Of a DNA stretch of 64,000 bases, positions 34,469 to 44,347 are shown piece after piece. Under the pieces are notes generated by a model, which was not told the DNA's origin, did not search any database, and saw nothing but the letters and a program-made list of their open reading frames with translations. Origin of the DNA: a virus (taxonomy: Duplodnaviria > Heunggongvirae > Uroviricota > Caudoviricetes); the IMG/VR virus record IMGVR_UViG_3300038443_000660, positions 130,082 through 194,081 of that record. One strand, given 5' to 3'. Position 1 is the first letter of the stretch. Every line of letters begins with the position of its first letter. Position numbers and translations under genes: made by a program.

Positions 34469-35524
34469 ATGAAAGTAGCATTGATTTGCGACACGCACGT
34501 TGGCGCACGTAACGATAATTTGACTGTTTTGAAACATACTGAACGGTTCTTCCAAAATACGTTCTTTCCATATTTGAAAGAGCATAAAATCAAGAAAATA
34601 ATTCATCTTGGTGACGTTTTTGACCGTCGCAAGTATACAAATCATGCGATTCTATCAAGAGCCAGAAGATTCTTGTTTGACCCGATTGTTGAAGCTGGAA
34701 TTGATATGGATATCATTATAGGCAATCACGACTGCGCCTATAGAAATACGGCTGATGTCAATTCTCCGTCACTATTATTGAAAGATTACCCATTCAATGT
34801 TTATTCAGAAGCTGAATACGTTGATGTTGGTGGGTTAAAGTTATTGTACGTCCCATGGATTACACCAGAAACTATTGAAAACACCATGGAAAAGATTAGC
34901 GAAGCGAAAGCTAAGATTATCATGGGCCATCTGGAAATTCAGGGATTTGAAATGGATAGAGGTCGGGTAGCGGATCACGGCTTGAACGCCTCCATTTTTG
35001 AACCTTACCTATCGGTGTTTTCTGGACACTTTCATTACAAATCTTTTTCCAACGGCATCATCTATCTGGGTACGGCTGTTCCACTCACATGGGCTGATTA
35101 CAACCTAACAAAAGGATTTCATGTTCTGGATACCGAAAGTCTGGAATTGGAATTTGTCGAAAATCCCATCAATTTCTTCAAGCGAGTTGTCTATGACGAT
35201 TCAGAAGGCGAAATGAATATCGATTTTTCTGAATATGATGATTGTTATGTCAAAATCGCTGTATCGAAAAAGACAAACCCGATTTGGTTTGAAAAATTCG
35301 TTGATTCCATGAACAAGACAAATGCAGCCAATGTCATGATTGTTGAAGAAAGCTTATTCAAGGCGCATACCATAAATGATGGTGGAAATATTGAAATCGA
35401 AGATACGATGACATTTATTTCCAAATATATTAAAGATACGGACCAAAAATTTACAGTATCAAAGGATAAACTTCTATCTCTATTCGATAATTTATATAGA
35501 AAGGCAAACGAACTTGAAATTTGA
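34469..35524 (+). CDS. gp47: Mre11/SbcD-like recombination nuclease
   Basis: D.H.G, HLGD.FD.R, GNHD, GHLE, SGHFH. Confidence 0.93.
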   Translation: MKVALICDTHVGARNDNLTVLKHTERFFQNTFFPYLKEHKIKKIIHLGDVFDRRKYTNHAILSRARRFLFDPIVEAGIDMDIIIGNHDCAYRNTADVNSPSLLLKDYPFNVYSEAEYVDVGGLKLLYVPWITPETIENTMEKISEAKAKIIMGHLEIQGFEMDRGRVADHGLNASIFEPYLSVFSGHFHYKSFSNGIIYLGTAVPLTWADYNLTKGFHVLDTESLELEFVENPINFFKRVVYDDSEGEMNIDFSEYDDCYVKIAVSKKTNPIWFEKFVDSMNKTNAANVMIVEESLFKAHTINDGGNIEIEDTMTFISKYIKDTDQKFTVSKDKLLSLFDNLYRKANELEI

Positions 35525-35786
35525 TGTATTAATACGTTCACCAATAAAGAAAAATATTTTTAGATGCATCTTTTCCAAGGAAAAGAAAATTTCAGATAAC
35601 AAATCCTTTGAAATTGAAATGTTTTGGTTTTCCGATGAACTGTTTAGGTTCGCCATAGATATTAAATTTGGTGGCGATGACCATGCAGGCCCAGAGTTGG
35701 AATTAAACATTCTTGGTTTAACGTTCGCTATGAAAATATATGACCATCGTCATTGGAATTATGAAAATAATTCATGGGAAGAATAG
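35514..35786 (+). CDS. hypothetical protein
   Basis: 90-aa ORF, coupled. Confidence 0.55.
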   Translation: MKFDVLIRSPIKKNIFRCIFSKEKKISDNKSFEIEMFWFSDELFRFAIDIKFGGDDHAGPELELNILGLTFAMKIYDHRHWNYENNSWEE

Positions 35787-35938
35787 TGTACGTTAGGGCT
35801 TTGTTTAAGAAGTTGTTCTTTTGGAAAAAGAAACCAAAAGAACAACATATCCAATCACCATATGATTTAGAGTATATCATACGAAGCGGTCAAGATAGAA
35901 TTAAAGACGCTGTAAAGAATAAAAACATTAATACATGA
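35786..35938 (+). CDS. 50-aa hypothetical protein not in the ORF track
   Basis: GTG start overlapping the previous stop; ATGA overlap with gp46. Confidence 0.45.
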   Translation: MYVRALFKKLFFWKKKPKEQHIQSPYDLEYIIRSGQDRIKDAVKNKNINT

Positions 35939-37650
35939 TACGATTTAAAAAGTTACGATATAGAAATTTCCTATCTTCCGGCAATGATTTTATCGAACTG
36001 GAATTCAATAAATCCGCCAGAACACTCGTTTTTGGTGCTAATGGCGAGGGTAAATCGACCTTCATTTCGGCGTTGACGTTCGGATTGTTCGGTAAGGATT
36101 TTCGCAAGATTCCCAAGCCATTGTTGGTCAATTCAATTAACAAAAAGAATTGCTTGGTTGAAGTAGAGTTTGAAACCAAAGGACGAAATTACATGATTCG
36201 TCGTGGTATCAAGCCATCTGTTTTTGAAATCTACATGGATGATGTTTTGATTAATCAAACCGCATCATCTAAGGATTATCAAAAATATATTGAAGAAAAC
36301 GTTCTGAAACTGAATTTTAATTCCTTCAAGCAAATTGTTGCATTGGGGTCCAACAACTATATTCCGTTTCTACAATTGACTGCCGCCCAGAGACGAGAAA
36401 TTGTAGAAGACCTATTAGAGATTTCCGTGTTTTCTAGAATGAATTCGTTGTTGAAGGAACAAGCGGATGAAACGAGAGAACATATCAGAGAAATTGAACG
36501 TTCACTGGCAATTGAAGAAGAAAAGATTAATCTAAATGAGTCTTTCCTTGAATCCATCAATAAACAAAAGGAAGATCGCAAGGAAAAGGCCAGAACGGAA
36601 ATTGACCGGCTTGTCAAAGAAAATGAAGTATCGTCAATCGAAATCGATAAATTGCTGAAAACAAATTCTGACCTAGCGACCCGCAAGGGCAAGTTCGATT
36701 TGTTATCTACAAAAAAATCTGAAATAGAGAACGTCAAATATTCGATAGAGGCTAATATTGCTGACCACAAGAAACGTTTAACGTTCTTCAACAAAAACAA
36801 TTACTGCCCTACATGTAAACAGAGTATTGACGAAACATTCAAGGCCACGGAAATTTCCAAACACGAGCATGAATGTGATGAATTAACGGTGAAGTTGAAT
36901 TCTGAATTGGAAAAGCTTGATAAAATCTCGGAAATTCTAGCTAAGCAGTCTGAACTTACATCAGCAATATCAAAATTAACTAGAAAAATCAATGATTTAC
37001 AATCTTCTGTTCATATCAACAACAAATATATTTCCAAACTAGAAAAAGATTTAGTTGAACAACAAAAGGATATCAGACAGGAAGTTGAAACACAGAACAA
37101 CTTAAAGAAGTCAAAGAGACTTCAAAAAGAATACATAGCAACCAAATCAAATCTGTTGAAAACCAGAGAATTGGAATCAACGGCGGCATTAATGCTGAAA
37201 GATAACGGTTTGAAGACAGCCATTGTTCAAAGATATATCCCGTACATGAATGAGTTGATTAACGAATATCTGAATACGATGGAATTCTATGTATCCGTCA
37301 CTTTGGATGAAAATTTTCAGGAAAAGATTCTGTCTCGTTTCAAGGATGAATTCATATATGAAAATTTCAGCCAAGGCGAGAAGCAAAAACTGGATATCGC
37401 CATCATGTTCGCATGGCGACAAATTGCGAAATTGAAAAACTCCATGGCCACCAATATCCTGATTCTCGATGAAATCGGTGATTCGTCGCTGGATGAGGAT
37501 GGTGTTAAAAATGTGTTCGAAATCCTCAAGGCCATGGGTGAGGACACCAATGTTTTTGTGATATCTCATAGAGAATCCATGATGGAAAATTTCGACCGGG
37601 CTATACGTGTCGTAAAGCGTGGAAATTTTTCCGTATATGAGGAAGCATGA
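35935..37650 (+). CDS. gp46: Rad50/SbcC-like ATPase
   Basis: GANGEGKST, CPTC hook, FSQGE, LILDE, VISH. Confidence 0.95.
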   Translation: MIRFKKLRYRNFLSSGNDFIELEFNKSARTLVFGANGEGKSTFISALTFGLFGKDFRKIPKPLLVNSINKKNCLVEVEFETKGRNYMIRRGIKPSVFEIYMDDVLINQTASSKDYQKYIEENVLKLNFNSFKQIVALGSNNYIPFLQLTAAQRREIVEDLLEISVFSRMNSLLKEQADETREHIREIERSLAIEEEKINLNESFLESINKQKEDRKEKARTEIDRLVKENEVSSIEIDKLLKTNSDLATRKGKFDLLSTKKSEIENVKYSIEANIADHKKRLTFFNKNNYCPTCKQSIDETFKATEISKHEHECDELTVKLNSELEKLDKISEILAKQSELTSAISKLTRKINDLQSSVHINNKYISKLEKDLVEQQKDIRQEVETQNNLKKSKRLQKEYIATKSNLLKTRELESTAALMLKDNGLKTAIVQRYIPYMNELINEYLNTMEFYVSVTLDENFQEKILSRFKDEFIYENFSQGEKQKLDIAIMFAWRQIAKLKNSMATNILILDEIGDSSLDEDGVKNVFEILKAMGEDTNVFVISHRESMMENFDRAIRVVKRGNFSVYEEA

Positions 37651-37906
37651 TATTGACTTCTTGATTCCATTCGTGTATGAATGGAATATTATGAAGAACA
37701 TATCATTTGATGATTGTAAAGAGATTGTTAAAAAATATCAACGCTATCATGAGATTGGCGTTGATTTTGATTCTATCGAATTCATCAAAATAGAGACAGA
37801 TAAACCCAAGCTGTTCAAGGCGAGGTTGGATACCATTCTGACGTTGACCCGGCTGGATACGCTATCGGAAATAGAAACGTTCTATAGCATATTGAAAGAT
37901 GTATAG
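37619..37906 (+). CDS. hypothetical protein
   Basis: 95-aa ORF (start possibly ATG 37637). Confidence 0.5.
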   Translation: MEIFPYMRKHDIDFLIPFVYEWNIMKNISFDDCKEIVKKYQRYHEIGVDFDSIEFIKIETDKPKLFKARLDTILTLTRLDTLSEIETFYSILKDV

Positions 37907-37912
37907 TAAAAA

Positions 37913-38194
37913 ATGAATTTCAAAAATATTGAAGAATTAAAACAGTTTATGAGTGGTAATAATCCTCTAGGATTAGGCGGAAAGCTATTTTCTATAGAAT
38001 ATGTTGACGAACAATTTGCAAATAGAAAAAATGATGATGTAATGGTTTTTTACGGCAAAGTAAGCAACCGGAATATCGAAGGTGGCGATGAAATTGAAAT
38101 TGTATGTTCAATAGAATCTATTTGTTTTGATAAAGATGGCAATACAATTAGCAGAGACGAACTTTATTCTAGAATAAACCGGAACGATGCATAA
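37913..38194 (+). CDS. hypothetical protein
   Basis: 93-aa ORF. Confidence 0.55.
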   Translation: MNFKNIEELKQFMSGNNPLGLGGKLFSIEYVDEQFANRKNDDVMVFYGKVSNRNIEGGDEIEIVCSIESICFDKDGNTISRDELYSRINRNDA

Positions 38195-38955
38195 TGCATA
38201 CAGAATTTGACAAGCGGATGAAATCCTATGAAAAGGAATTCACATCTAAGAAAATAGACAAGTCAAAGTGGGTGTATGCTCGTATTGATGGTCGGTCATT
38301 TTCTAAATTTACTAAGAAGATGGAAAAGCCTTTTGATGCTGAATTACATGATTGTTTCATAACAGCGATGAAAGCACTTATGAAGGAATCGAATGCTTCT
38401 TTGGGCTTCACTCAATCAGATGAAATTTCTCTGCTTTGGGAACCATTGCAAGACCCGTCTGAATTCATGTTTTCGGGTAAAATCCAGAAGTTAACTTCTG
38501 TCTTGGCTTCCATCACCACTTCTGCGTTTTATGACCGCTTTATAACGCATTTCGGCAGCAATTATGGTAAGTTGCCAGCGTTTGATTGTCGAATTATCAA
38601 TCTGCCATCAATGGACGAAGCGTGTAATATGCTTACGTGGCGTAAGCAGGACGCATTCCGTAATGCTGTGCAATCGGCGGCACATTTCTATTTTGGTCAT
38701 AAAAAGCTAATGCACAGGTCAACTACAGAAAAAATCGAGATGATGGCTGATGCTGGTATCGATTTTTTTGAAATATTCAATGAGGATTTTCGTTTAGGCA
38801 CGTCTATGAAACCGGTATCGGTAGTAAGACCTTTGACCGATGAAGAAAAGAGCAAAATTCCATCGGGCAGGGCTATACCAGAAACCGTTACACGAACCGA
38901 GTTTCAAATCTTTTATGATCCGCAAGTGATGATGAAATTTATCAAAGCCAAATAA
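38194..38955 (+). CDS. Thg1-like protein (tRNA-His guanylyltransferase / 3'-5' polymerase family)
   Basis: RMKSYE, RIDGRSFS.FT...KPFD, QSDEISL, G..QKL.S..AS, FDCR, WR..DA.RN. Confidence 0.9.
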   Translation: MHTEFDKRMKSYEKEFTSKKIDKSKWVYARIDGRSFSKFTKKMEKPFDAELHDCFITAMKALMKESNASLGFTQSDEISLLWEPLQDPSEFMFSGKIQKLTSVLASITTSAFYDRFITHFGSNYGKLPAFDCRIINLPSMDEACNMLTWRKQDAFRNAVQSAAHFYFGHKKLMHRSTTEKIEMMADAGIDFFEIFNEDFRLGTSMKPVSVVRPLTDEEKSKIPSGRAIPETVTRTEFQIFYDPQVMMKFIKAK

Positions 38956-38969
38956 TTTGTGAGAGAAGA

Positions 38970-39182
38970 ATGAAAACATTGTTTATTCTATATATCAGCT
39001 TTTGGGGTGCGGGCGGTAATACGCTTCCCGTTGCTTATTTTGATTCTATGGAAAATTGTCAAAATGCAATAACTAAGATGACTGTTCAAGATCAAGATAA
39101 CTATATAAATAAGGAATATCCGACAAAGTATTGCGTTGGTTTAGAATTGAACTATCCACATGGAGTTCTTTTGAACAATTGA
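38970..39182 (+). CDS. small secreted or membrane protein
   Basis: Hydrophobic N-terminus, two Cys. Confidence 0.5.
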   Translation: MKTLFILYISFWGAGGNTLPVAYFDSMENCQNAITKMTVQDQDNYINKEYPTKYCVGLELNYPHGVLLNN

Positions 39183-39207
39183 ATTACATAGTAGAGAAAC
39201 AATTCAT

Positions 39208-39381
39208 ATGTCAGAAATTGAGTGTGTAGCCAAGGCCATATGTAATGGTGCCGGTAAGTCTGTCAATAAGACTTATTGTGCTATCTGTATCAATGGTCCA
39301 TGTATCATGTGGAAAGAATTTAGAGAAGAAGCCCGAATGGCTGTTAAAGCTTTAGACAAATACAGAAAAGAGAATAAATGA
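39208..39381 (+). CDS. 57-aa Cys-rich protein not in the ORF track
   Basis: MSEIECVAKAIC...CAIC..PC.MW..F; ATGA overlap. Confidence 0.55.
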   Translation: MSEIECVAKAICNGAGKSVNKTYCAICINGPCIMWKEFREEARMAVKALDKYRKENK

Positions 39382-39947
39382 AAGCAGTTATTACACCTGA
39401 TTCCAGATTTGAATTATTCAATCAATATCCAAGGGAAATTCCGAAAGTTTTTCTAGGTGGCTCTATCGAAATGGGTAAAGCCAAAAATTGGCAGGAAATG
39501 GCTATCGAAGCTTTGGATGAATGTATTATTTTCAATCCAAGGCGTGATGATTGGGATTCGTCTTGGGAGCAAATTCCTTCTCCCGACACACAATTTGGCC
39601 AGCAAGTAGAATGGGAAATCAGAGCGCAACAAAATTCGGATATCATTATCTATAATTTTGAGTCTGATACACAATCTCCAATCACTCTGTTGGAACTAGG
39701 GTTTTCCTTCAATCTTCCCGCCCATAAGGTTGTATGCTGTCCAAAGGAATATTTCCGTCACGGTAACGTTGTTATAACAACTAATTTATTGGGCGGAGAT
39801 AAATCTATGGTATTTACAAATTTTGACGAAATGCTACAATCCGTCAAATGGAAGATTAATGACTTAAAATATAAGAACAATTGCTCTTTCTCTGAATGGG
39901 TGAATATGAATCAGGGTATTTCAGATGTTGAAACTAATAAAGTATAA
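39378..39947 (+). CDS. nucleoside 2-deoxyribosyltransferase-like protein (second family)
   Basis: VFLGGSI, W, FNPRR.DW, QVEWE, SPITLLELG. Confidence 0.8.
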   Translation: MKAVITPDSRFELFNQYPREIPKVFLGGSIEMGKAKNWQEMAIEALDECIIFNPRRDDWDSSWEQIPSPDTQFGQQVEWEIRAQQNSDIIIYNFESDTQSPITLLELGFSFNLPAHKVVCCPKEYFRHGNVVITTNLLGGDKSMVFTNFDEMLQSVKWKINDLKYKNNCSFSEWVNMNQGISDVETNKV

Positions 39948-40449
39948 TGACCCTATCCTGTATACAAAGACAGAGCCTTTCAACTTTGAAACGGATGGTG
40001 ATCCTGTAGCTTATGCTAACGATTTGAAAGAAACTGCGAAACACTATGGTGGATATGGTCTTTCTGACAATCAGGTTGGCCGAAATAAAGCAGTTTTTGT
40101 TTTCGGTATCAACGGCGACTATATAGCTGTATTCAATCCTGTAATAACTTATGTGTCAACCGATACATCAATGATGGACGAGGGATGCTTGTCCTTTCCG
40201 GGATTGATAGCGAAAATTGAACGTTCAAATGAAATCCGCACCAGATATATGAACGATAAGGGCGGATTACAGGTTCATAAATTTGCTGGTCTGACTGCCC
40301 GAATTTTTCAGCATGAATACGGCCATTTACAAGGAAAGCCATTTTTCTCTGGGTTTTCTAAATTAAAAGTTGATATGATGGTCAAGAAGTGTCATAAGGC
40401 TACAAAAATTGACTATTCCACAAAAGAATTGATGGGCTTACGAGCATGA
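39925..40449 (+). CDS. def: peptide deformylase
   Basis: GYGLSDNQ, EGCLS, QHEYGHL.G. Confidence 0.88.
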   Translation: MLKLIKYNDPILYTKTEPFNFETDGDPVAYANDLKETAKHYGGYGLSDNQVGRNKAVFVFGINGDYIAVFNPVITYVSTDTSMMDEGCLSFPGLIAKIERSNEIRTRYMNDKGGLQVHKFAGLTARIFQHEYGHLQGKPFFSGFSKLKVDMMVKKCHKATKIDYSTKELMGLRA

Positions 40450-40670
40450 TAAGCGATGAAGATCGTTATGATTACTACCTTAAGTCAAATTGGGAAACCG
40501 ATTGGACAAAAGTATCTAAAGAGACTTTTATAAAAGCAGAACGTAGTGCAGGGTTTAAACCCAAAGTATCATCAGATTCGCCAGAATATTGGACGACTCT
40601 GGCTACTTCTGGATTTTCTGGTGGTTCGTGCAGTGGAATGATAAAAGTTGCCAAAAGAATCGAAAAGTAG
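40446..40670 (+). CDS. hypothetical protein
   Basis: 74-aa ORF, coupled. Confidence 0.55.
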   Translation: MISDEDRYDYYLKSNWETDWTKVSKETFIKAERSAGFKPKVSSDSPEYWTTLATSGFSGGSCSGMIKVAKRIEK

Positions 40671-42336
40671 ATTTTCCTTTGAATATGCAAATGTTTTTTC
40701 TAATATTTTAGCTAAAGAACAGATTAGTATATCGATATCTGCTACAGCAAAAACAGCATCATTCAATCTCAACAGTAGAACATTGACCCTTCCTGTGTGG
40801 GAAGGGTCTACTGCATTATTGCGATTTCTACTATGCCATGAAATTTCTCATGCCATGTTGACACCGCCAGAAGATTGGGACAATGCAATTCATGAAAAGC
40901 CACAAAATCAACAGATAGCATATAAAGACGTATTGAATGTCTTTGAAGATGCTCGAATTGACAGGTTAATGCAAGAAAAGTACATCACTATGAGAAAGTG
41001 GTATGCTTTAGGAATGCATGAATTGGCTTTTGATTTAAACATCTGGGGCATGACAGAAAATTCGGATTGGAGCCGATTCGAATTGCTGGATAGAATCAAC
41101 CTATACTTCAAAACGATATATAATAGCAATCCATTTAATGTAACATTTGATAAAGAAGACCAAGATAAATGGATTGAGCCGCTAAAGGTCATTAGAACGT
41201 TTGCTGATGTTAAATTATTGGCAGATAAGTTCTTTGCCGAGATGCCGGAAGACAAAAAGGAAAAAAGCGAATCACAGACTATTTTCGTCATGGGTGATTT
41301 CAATACGGACTCGAACGAGAGTGTTCAAGATATAAACATCCCTATGGTAGGTGTTACGATTGGCTATATTCCACAGTCCAGTAATCCATATATTCCCAAT
41401 AAAAAACCTCTTATAGAAGTTCCCGATTCTGATTATCGTAAAGTAGTGGAAATAGTGGAAAATAATCAGAATTATCTACAAGCATCTGATACCTTTGATA
41501 TAACAATGGATAGTTACAATTCATTGATTAATAAAATGGTTTCTGTGTTTCAAATGAAGAAGCAGGGTCGTTTAATATCAAGGGCACAAATTGCTAAATC
41601 TGGATTGATTGACCCACTTAAATTGCATTCGTATTCTATCAACGAAGATATAATGCTAAGAAATACCATTATTGACAAGCAAAAAAATCATGGTTTCATC
41701 ATGATAGTAGATATGTCATCGTCAATGAGAAGGGTATGGACACAAGTCGTTGAACATCTTTTTGTCCTTACTACGTTTTGTAAAAAAATCAACGTGCCAT
41801 TTGAATCTTACGGTTTTCGCAATGGACATTATCAATGCGACTTAGTAAAATGTATGTTTTCTTTGGTCCCGATGATATCATCAAAAGATTCATTGAAGCA
41901 AATCAAGGATAAATCGATTCGCTTCAAATCGTTTTATGATTTTACATCAACTCCCCTGACATCAGCCGTTCATTATTCGAAAACGTTAACTCTTGATTTT
42001 ATTCAACGACATCATGTAGACGTAATGAACGTAATCTTTCTGACAGATGGTGGTTGTACCAATACGATTTTAGCTGAAAACTATGTTGATAAGGTTTCAA
42101 AATTTATTGCGTCAACAGATGAGAATTATGTGAATGCCGTTCCGGCATTAGTCAAGATTTTGCGAAAAAGGACTAATGCTAGGGTCTATAATTACTTCGT
42201 AACAGAAATGCGTGATAAGGATTTTGAATTCATGAAAGATTACGAGGGTTGGAATGGTTATTACAAAATTAATAAGTCAATTATCAGCAAAAACCCAACG
42301 TTTTTCGTTAAAGAATTTATTGAAAATATGGTGTAA
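40648..42336 (+). CDS. HExxH domain + vWA (MIDAS) protein, CobT-like partner
   Basis: TASF, CHEISHA, NVFEDARI; DMSSSM MIDAS, TPL, FLTDG. Confidence 0.82.
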   Translation: MPKESKSRFSFEYANVFSNILAKEQISISISATAKTASFNLNSRTLTLPVWEGSTALLRFLLCHEISHAMLTPPEDWDNAIHEKPQNQQIAYKDVLNVFEDARIDRLMQEKYITMRKWYALGMHELAFDLNIWGMTENSDWSRFELLDRINLYFKTIYNSNPFNVTFDKEDQDKWIEPLKVIRTFADVKLLADKFFAEMPEDKKEKSESQTIFVMGDFNTDSNESVQDINIPMVGVTIGYIPQSSNPYIPNKKPLIEVPDSDYRKVVEIVENNQNYLQASDTFDITMDSYNSLINKMVSVFQMKKQGRLISRAQIAKSGLIDPLKLHSYSINEDIMLRNTIIDKQKNHGFIMIVDMSSSMRRVWTQVVEHLFVLTTFCKKINVPFESYGFRNGHYQCDLVKCMFSLVPMISSKDSLKQIKDKSIRFKSFYDFTSTPLTSAVHYSKTLTLDFIQRHHVDVMNVIFLTDGGCTNTILAENYVDKVSKFIASTDENYVNAVPALVKILRKRTNARVYNYFVTEMRDKDFEFMKDYEGWNGYYKINKSIISKNPTFFVKEFIENMV

Positions 42337-42340
42337 TAAT

Positions 42341-43417
42341 ATGAGCGAACTAATCCCCGAACAAGACCCGTTGTTCGTCCCTTTTGGGGCCTTTTTTGAT
42401 TGTGAGAAGATTCTTAAATCGGGAATTTTTTATCCCACAATGCTATCCGGTTTATCTGGCGTCGGTAAAACTGTATTCATTCGTGAATTATGCGCCAAAT
42501 ATAAGCGAGAGTTTTATCGTGTAAATATTACCTATCAGACAGATGAAAACGATTTGATTGGTGTGACTTCTTTAAAGCAGATTATGAAATATGTTATAAA
42601 ACTGAATGACGATAAGCATGATAGTTTCTTAGCAAACCATAACATTCAAAAATCAACTAATATCGTTCTAAATGAAACAACGTTCACCGAATTCAAAAAA
42701 ATCGCCACAGATGCAGATTACACGCTGGTGAATGTTTTAGCAGATACCGAAACCGTTTTCGAAAAGGGACCGGTTATCAAAGCTATGGAGAATGGTGGTA
42801 TTCTTCTTTTGGATGAATTAGACAACGCTAATCCGCTTCTGGTATCCTGTCTTATGTCCATAACGGAAGGTTCTGGATATTTGATTAAGAAAACTGGTGA
42901 ATTTATCACTCCGAATCCGGCCTTCCAAATTTTTGCAACAGCCAACACTAAAGGTTTGGGTGATTCGACTGGTTCTTTTGTTGGAACACAAGTGCTGAAT
43001 GAAGCTTTCTTGGAAAGATTTCCGGTTACGCTGGAATGCGAATATCCACCAGAAAATATCGAGAAAAAGATTTTGGAAAAGTTGATGGATAGTTTCGACA
43101 TCAACAATGACGTTCTGGTCCTGTCTTTACTTAAGTTTGCCAATAATGTACGAGAGTCATATACTAATGGAACTATAGAACATACTATATCAACACGCCG
43201 ATTGGTTCATATCATCCGAGCATATAATATTTGGCAAGATGTTATAACGTCTGTCAAAATGGCGATGAACCGCTTTGATACACATACACGAAATGCTTTT
43301 ATGGATATTTTCCAATTGGCGTTCGATGATATCCAAGCCAAATTTGACGGTGATGAAGCTTCTCTTGGCGTAAACAAAACTATTGATGAAAGATTGCAGC
43401 CATGGCAGCCATGGTGA
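42341..43417 (+). CDS. MoxR/CobS-like AAA+ ATPase
   Basis: GLSGVGKT, LLLDE, ATANTKG, NEAFLERF, ISTRRL. Confidence 0.88.
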   Translation: MSELIPEQDPLFVPFGAFFDCEKILKSGIFYPTMLSGLSGVGKTVFIRELCAKYKREFYRVNITYQTDENDLIGVTSLKQIMKYVIKLNDDKHDSFLANHNIQKSTNIVLNETTFTEFKKIATDADYTLVNVLADTETVFEKGPVIKAMENGGILLLDELDNANPLLVSCLMSITEGSGYLIKKTGEFITPNPAFQIFATANTKGLGDSTGSFVGTQVLNEAFLERFPVTLECEYPPENIEKKILEKLMDSFDINNDVLVLSLLKFANNVRESYTNGTIEHTISTRRLVHIIRAYNIWQDVITSVKMAMNRFDTHTRNAFMDIFQLAFDDIQAKFDGDEASLGVNKTIDERLQPWQPW

Positions 43418-43428
43418 TATAATTTACG

Positions 43429-43457
43429 TTGACATCTTCATGAAATTAGGGTATCGT
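43429..43457 (+). promoter_or_regulatory. sigma70-type promoter
   Basis: TTGACA-N17-TATCGT. Confidence 0.65.
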
Positions 43458-43488
43458 TATCGTTAAATCTAAAACATAAACGGAATAC

Positions 43489-44346
43489 ATGACTAACACA
43501 AATAACCAACTTAACATAGACGTAGAAAAACTTAGAAAAAGATCGGTGTTTTTGGGTGTGCCTGCATATGGCGGGCAAATGAGTGGATACACAACCAAAT
43601 CATTATTGGACCTGACCGTTACATTAAACAATTTTGGTATCAAAAGCCTGTTTTTTGGACTCTTCAACGAAAGCTTGATTTCTAGGGCACGAAATTATTG
43701 TGCAGCAGAATTTATGCGTTCTGGTTTCACTGATTTGTTATTCATCGATTCGGATATCGAATTTGACCCAATGGACGTGATTGCAATGCTCCAAATCACC
43801 GAAAACGACAATGACAAAGATATCATTGGCGGGTTTTATCCAAAGAAATCAATAGCTTGGGAAAAAATAGTTCAAGCTGTAAACATGGGATTTGCAGATG
43901 CAAATCCGTTTTGGTTAGAACAATACATGGCTGATTTTGTATTCAATCCGGTTGCGGATGGTGTCTATAAAATGAATGAGCCTATGGAAGTTATGGAATT
44001 GGGAACTGGATTTATGCTTATTCAGCGCCATGTGTTTGAAGAATGGGACAGGCAGCATCCAGAATATCTGTATACACCAGATTCGTTCCGGTCAAAATCG
44101 TTCGATGGTTCATCCAAGATTATGGCGTATTTTCAAGACCCAATCATCAATGACCGTCATTTGAGTGAAGATTATTTTTTCTGCCGTAAATCGAGGGAAA
44201 TGGGTATGCATGTTTGGGGTTGCCCATGGATGAAGGTAAACCACATTGGCACGATGAAATTTATTGGAAATCTTCCGGCTGTAGCCGCTACAGGTTCTAG
44301 CCCGACTGTCGATGCAAATGCTATAAAAGGATTGAAGGAAATATAA
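43489..44346 (+). CDS. GT-A fold glycosyltransferase-like protein
   Basis: P.YGG, ESLI.RARN, LLFIDSDI, GTGFMLI.R.VF, LSEDY.FC, H.G. Confidence 0.8.
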   Translation: MTNTNNQLNIDVEKLRKRSVFLGVPAYGGQMSGYTTKSLLDLTVTLNNFGIKSLFFGLFNESLISRARNYCAAEFMRSGFTDLLFIDSDIEFDPMDVIAMLQITENDNDKDIIGGFYPKKSIAWEKIVQAVNMGFADANPFWLEQYMADFVFNPVADGVYKMNEPMEVMELGTGFMLIQRHVFEEWDRQHPEYLYTPDSFRSKSFDGSSKIMAYFQDPIINDRHLSEDYFFCRKSREMGMHVWGCPWMKVNHIGTMKFIGNLPAVAATGSSPTVDANAIKGLKEI

Positions 44347-44347
44347 T

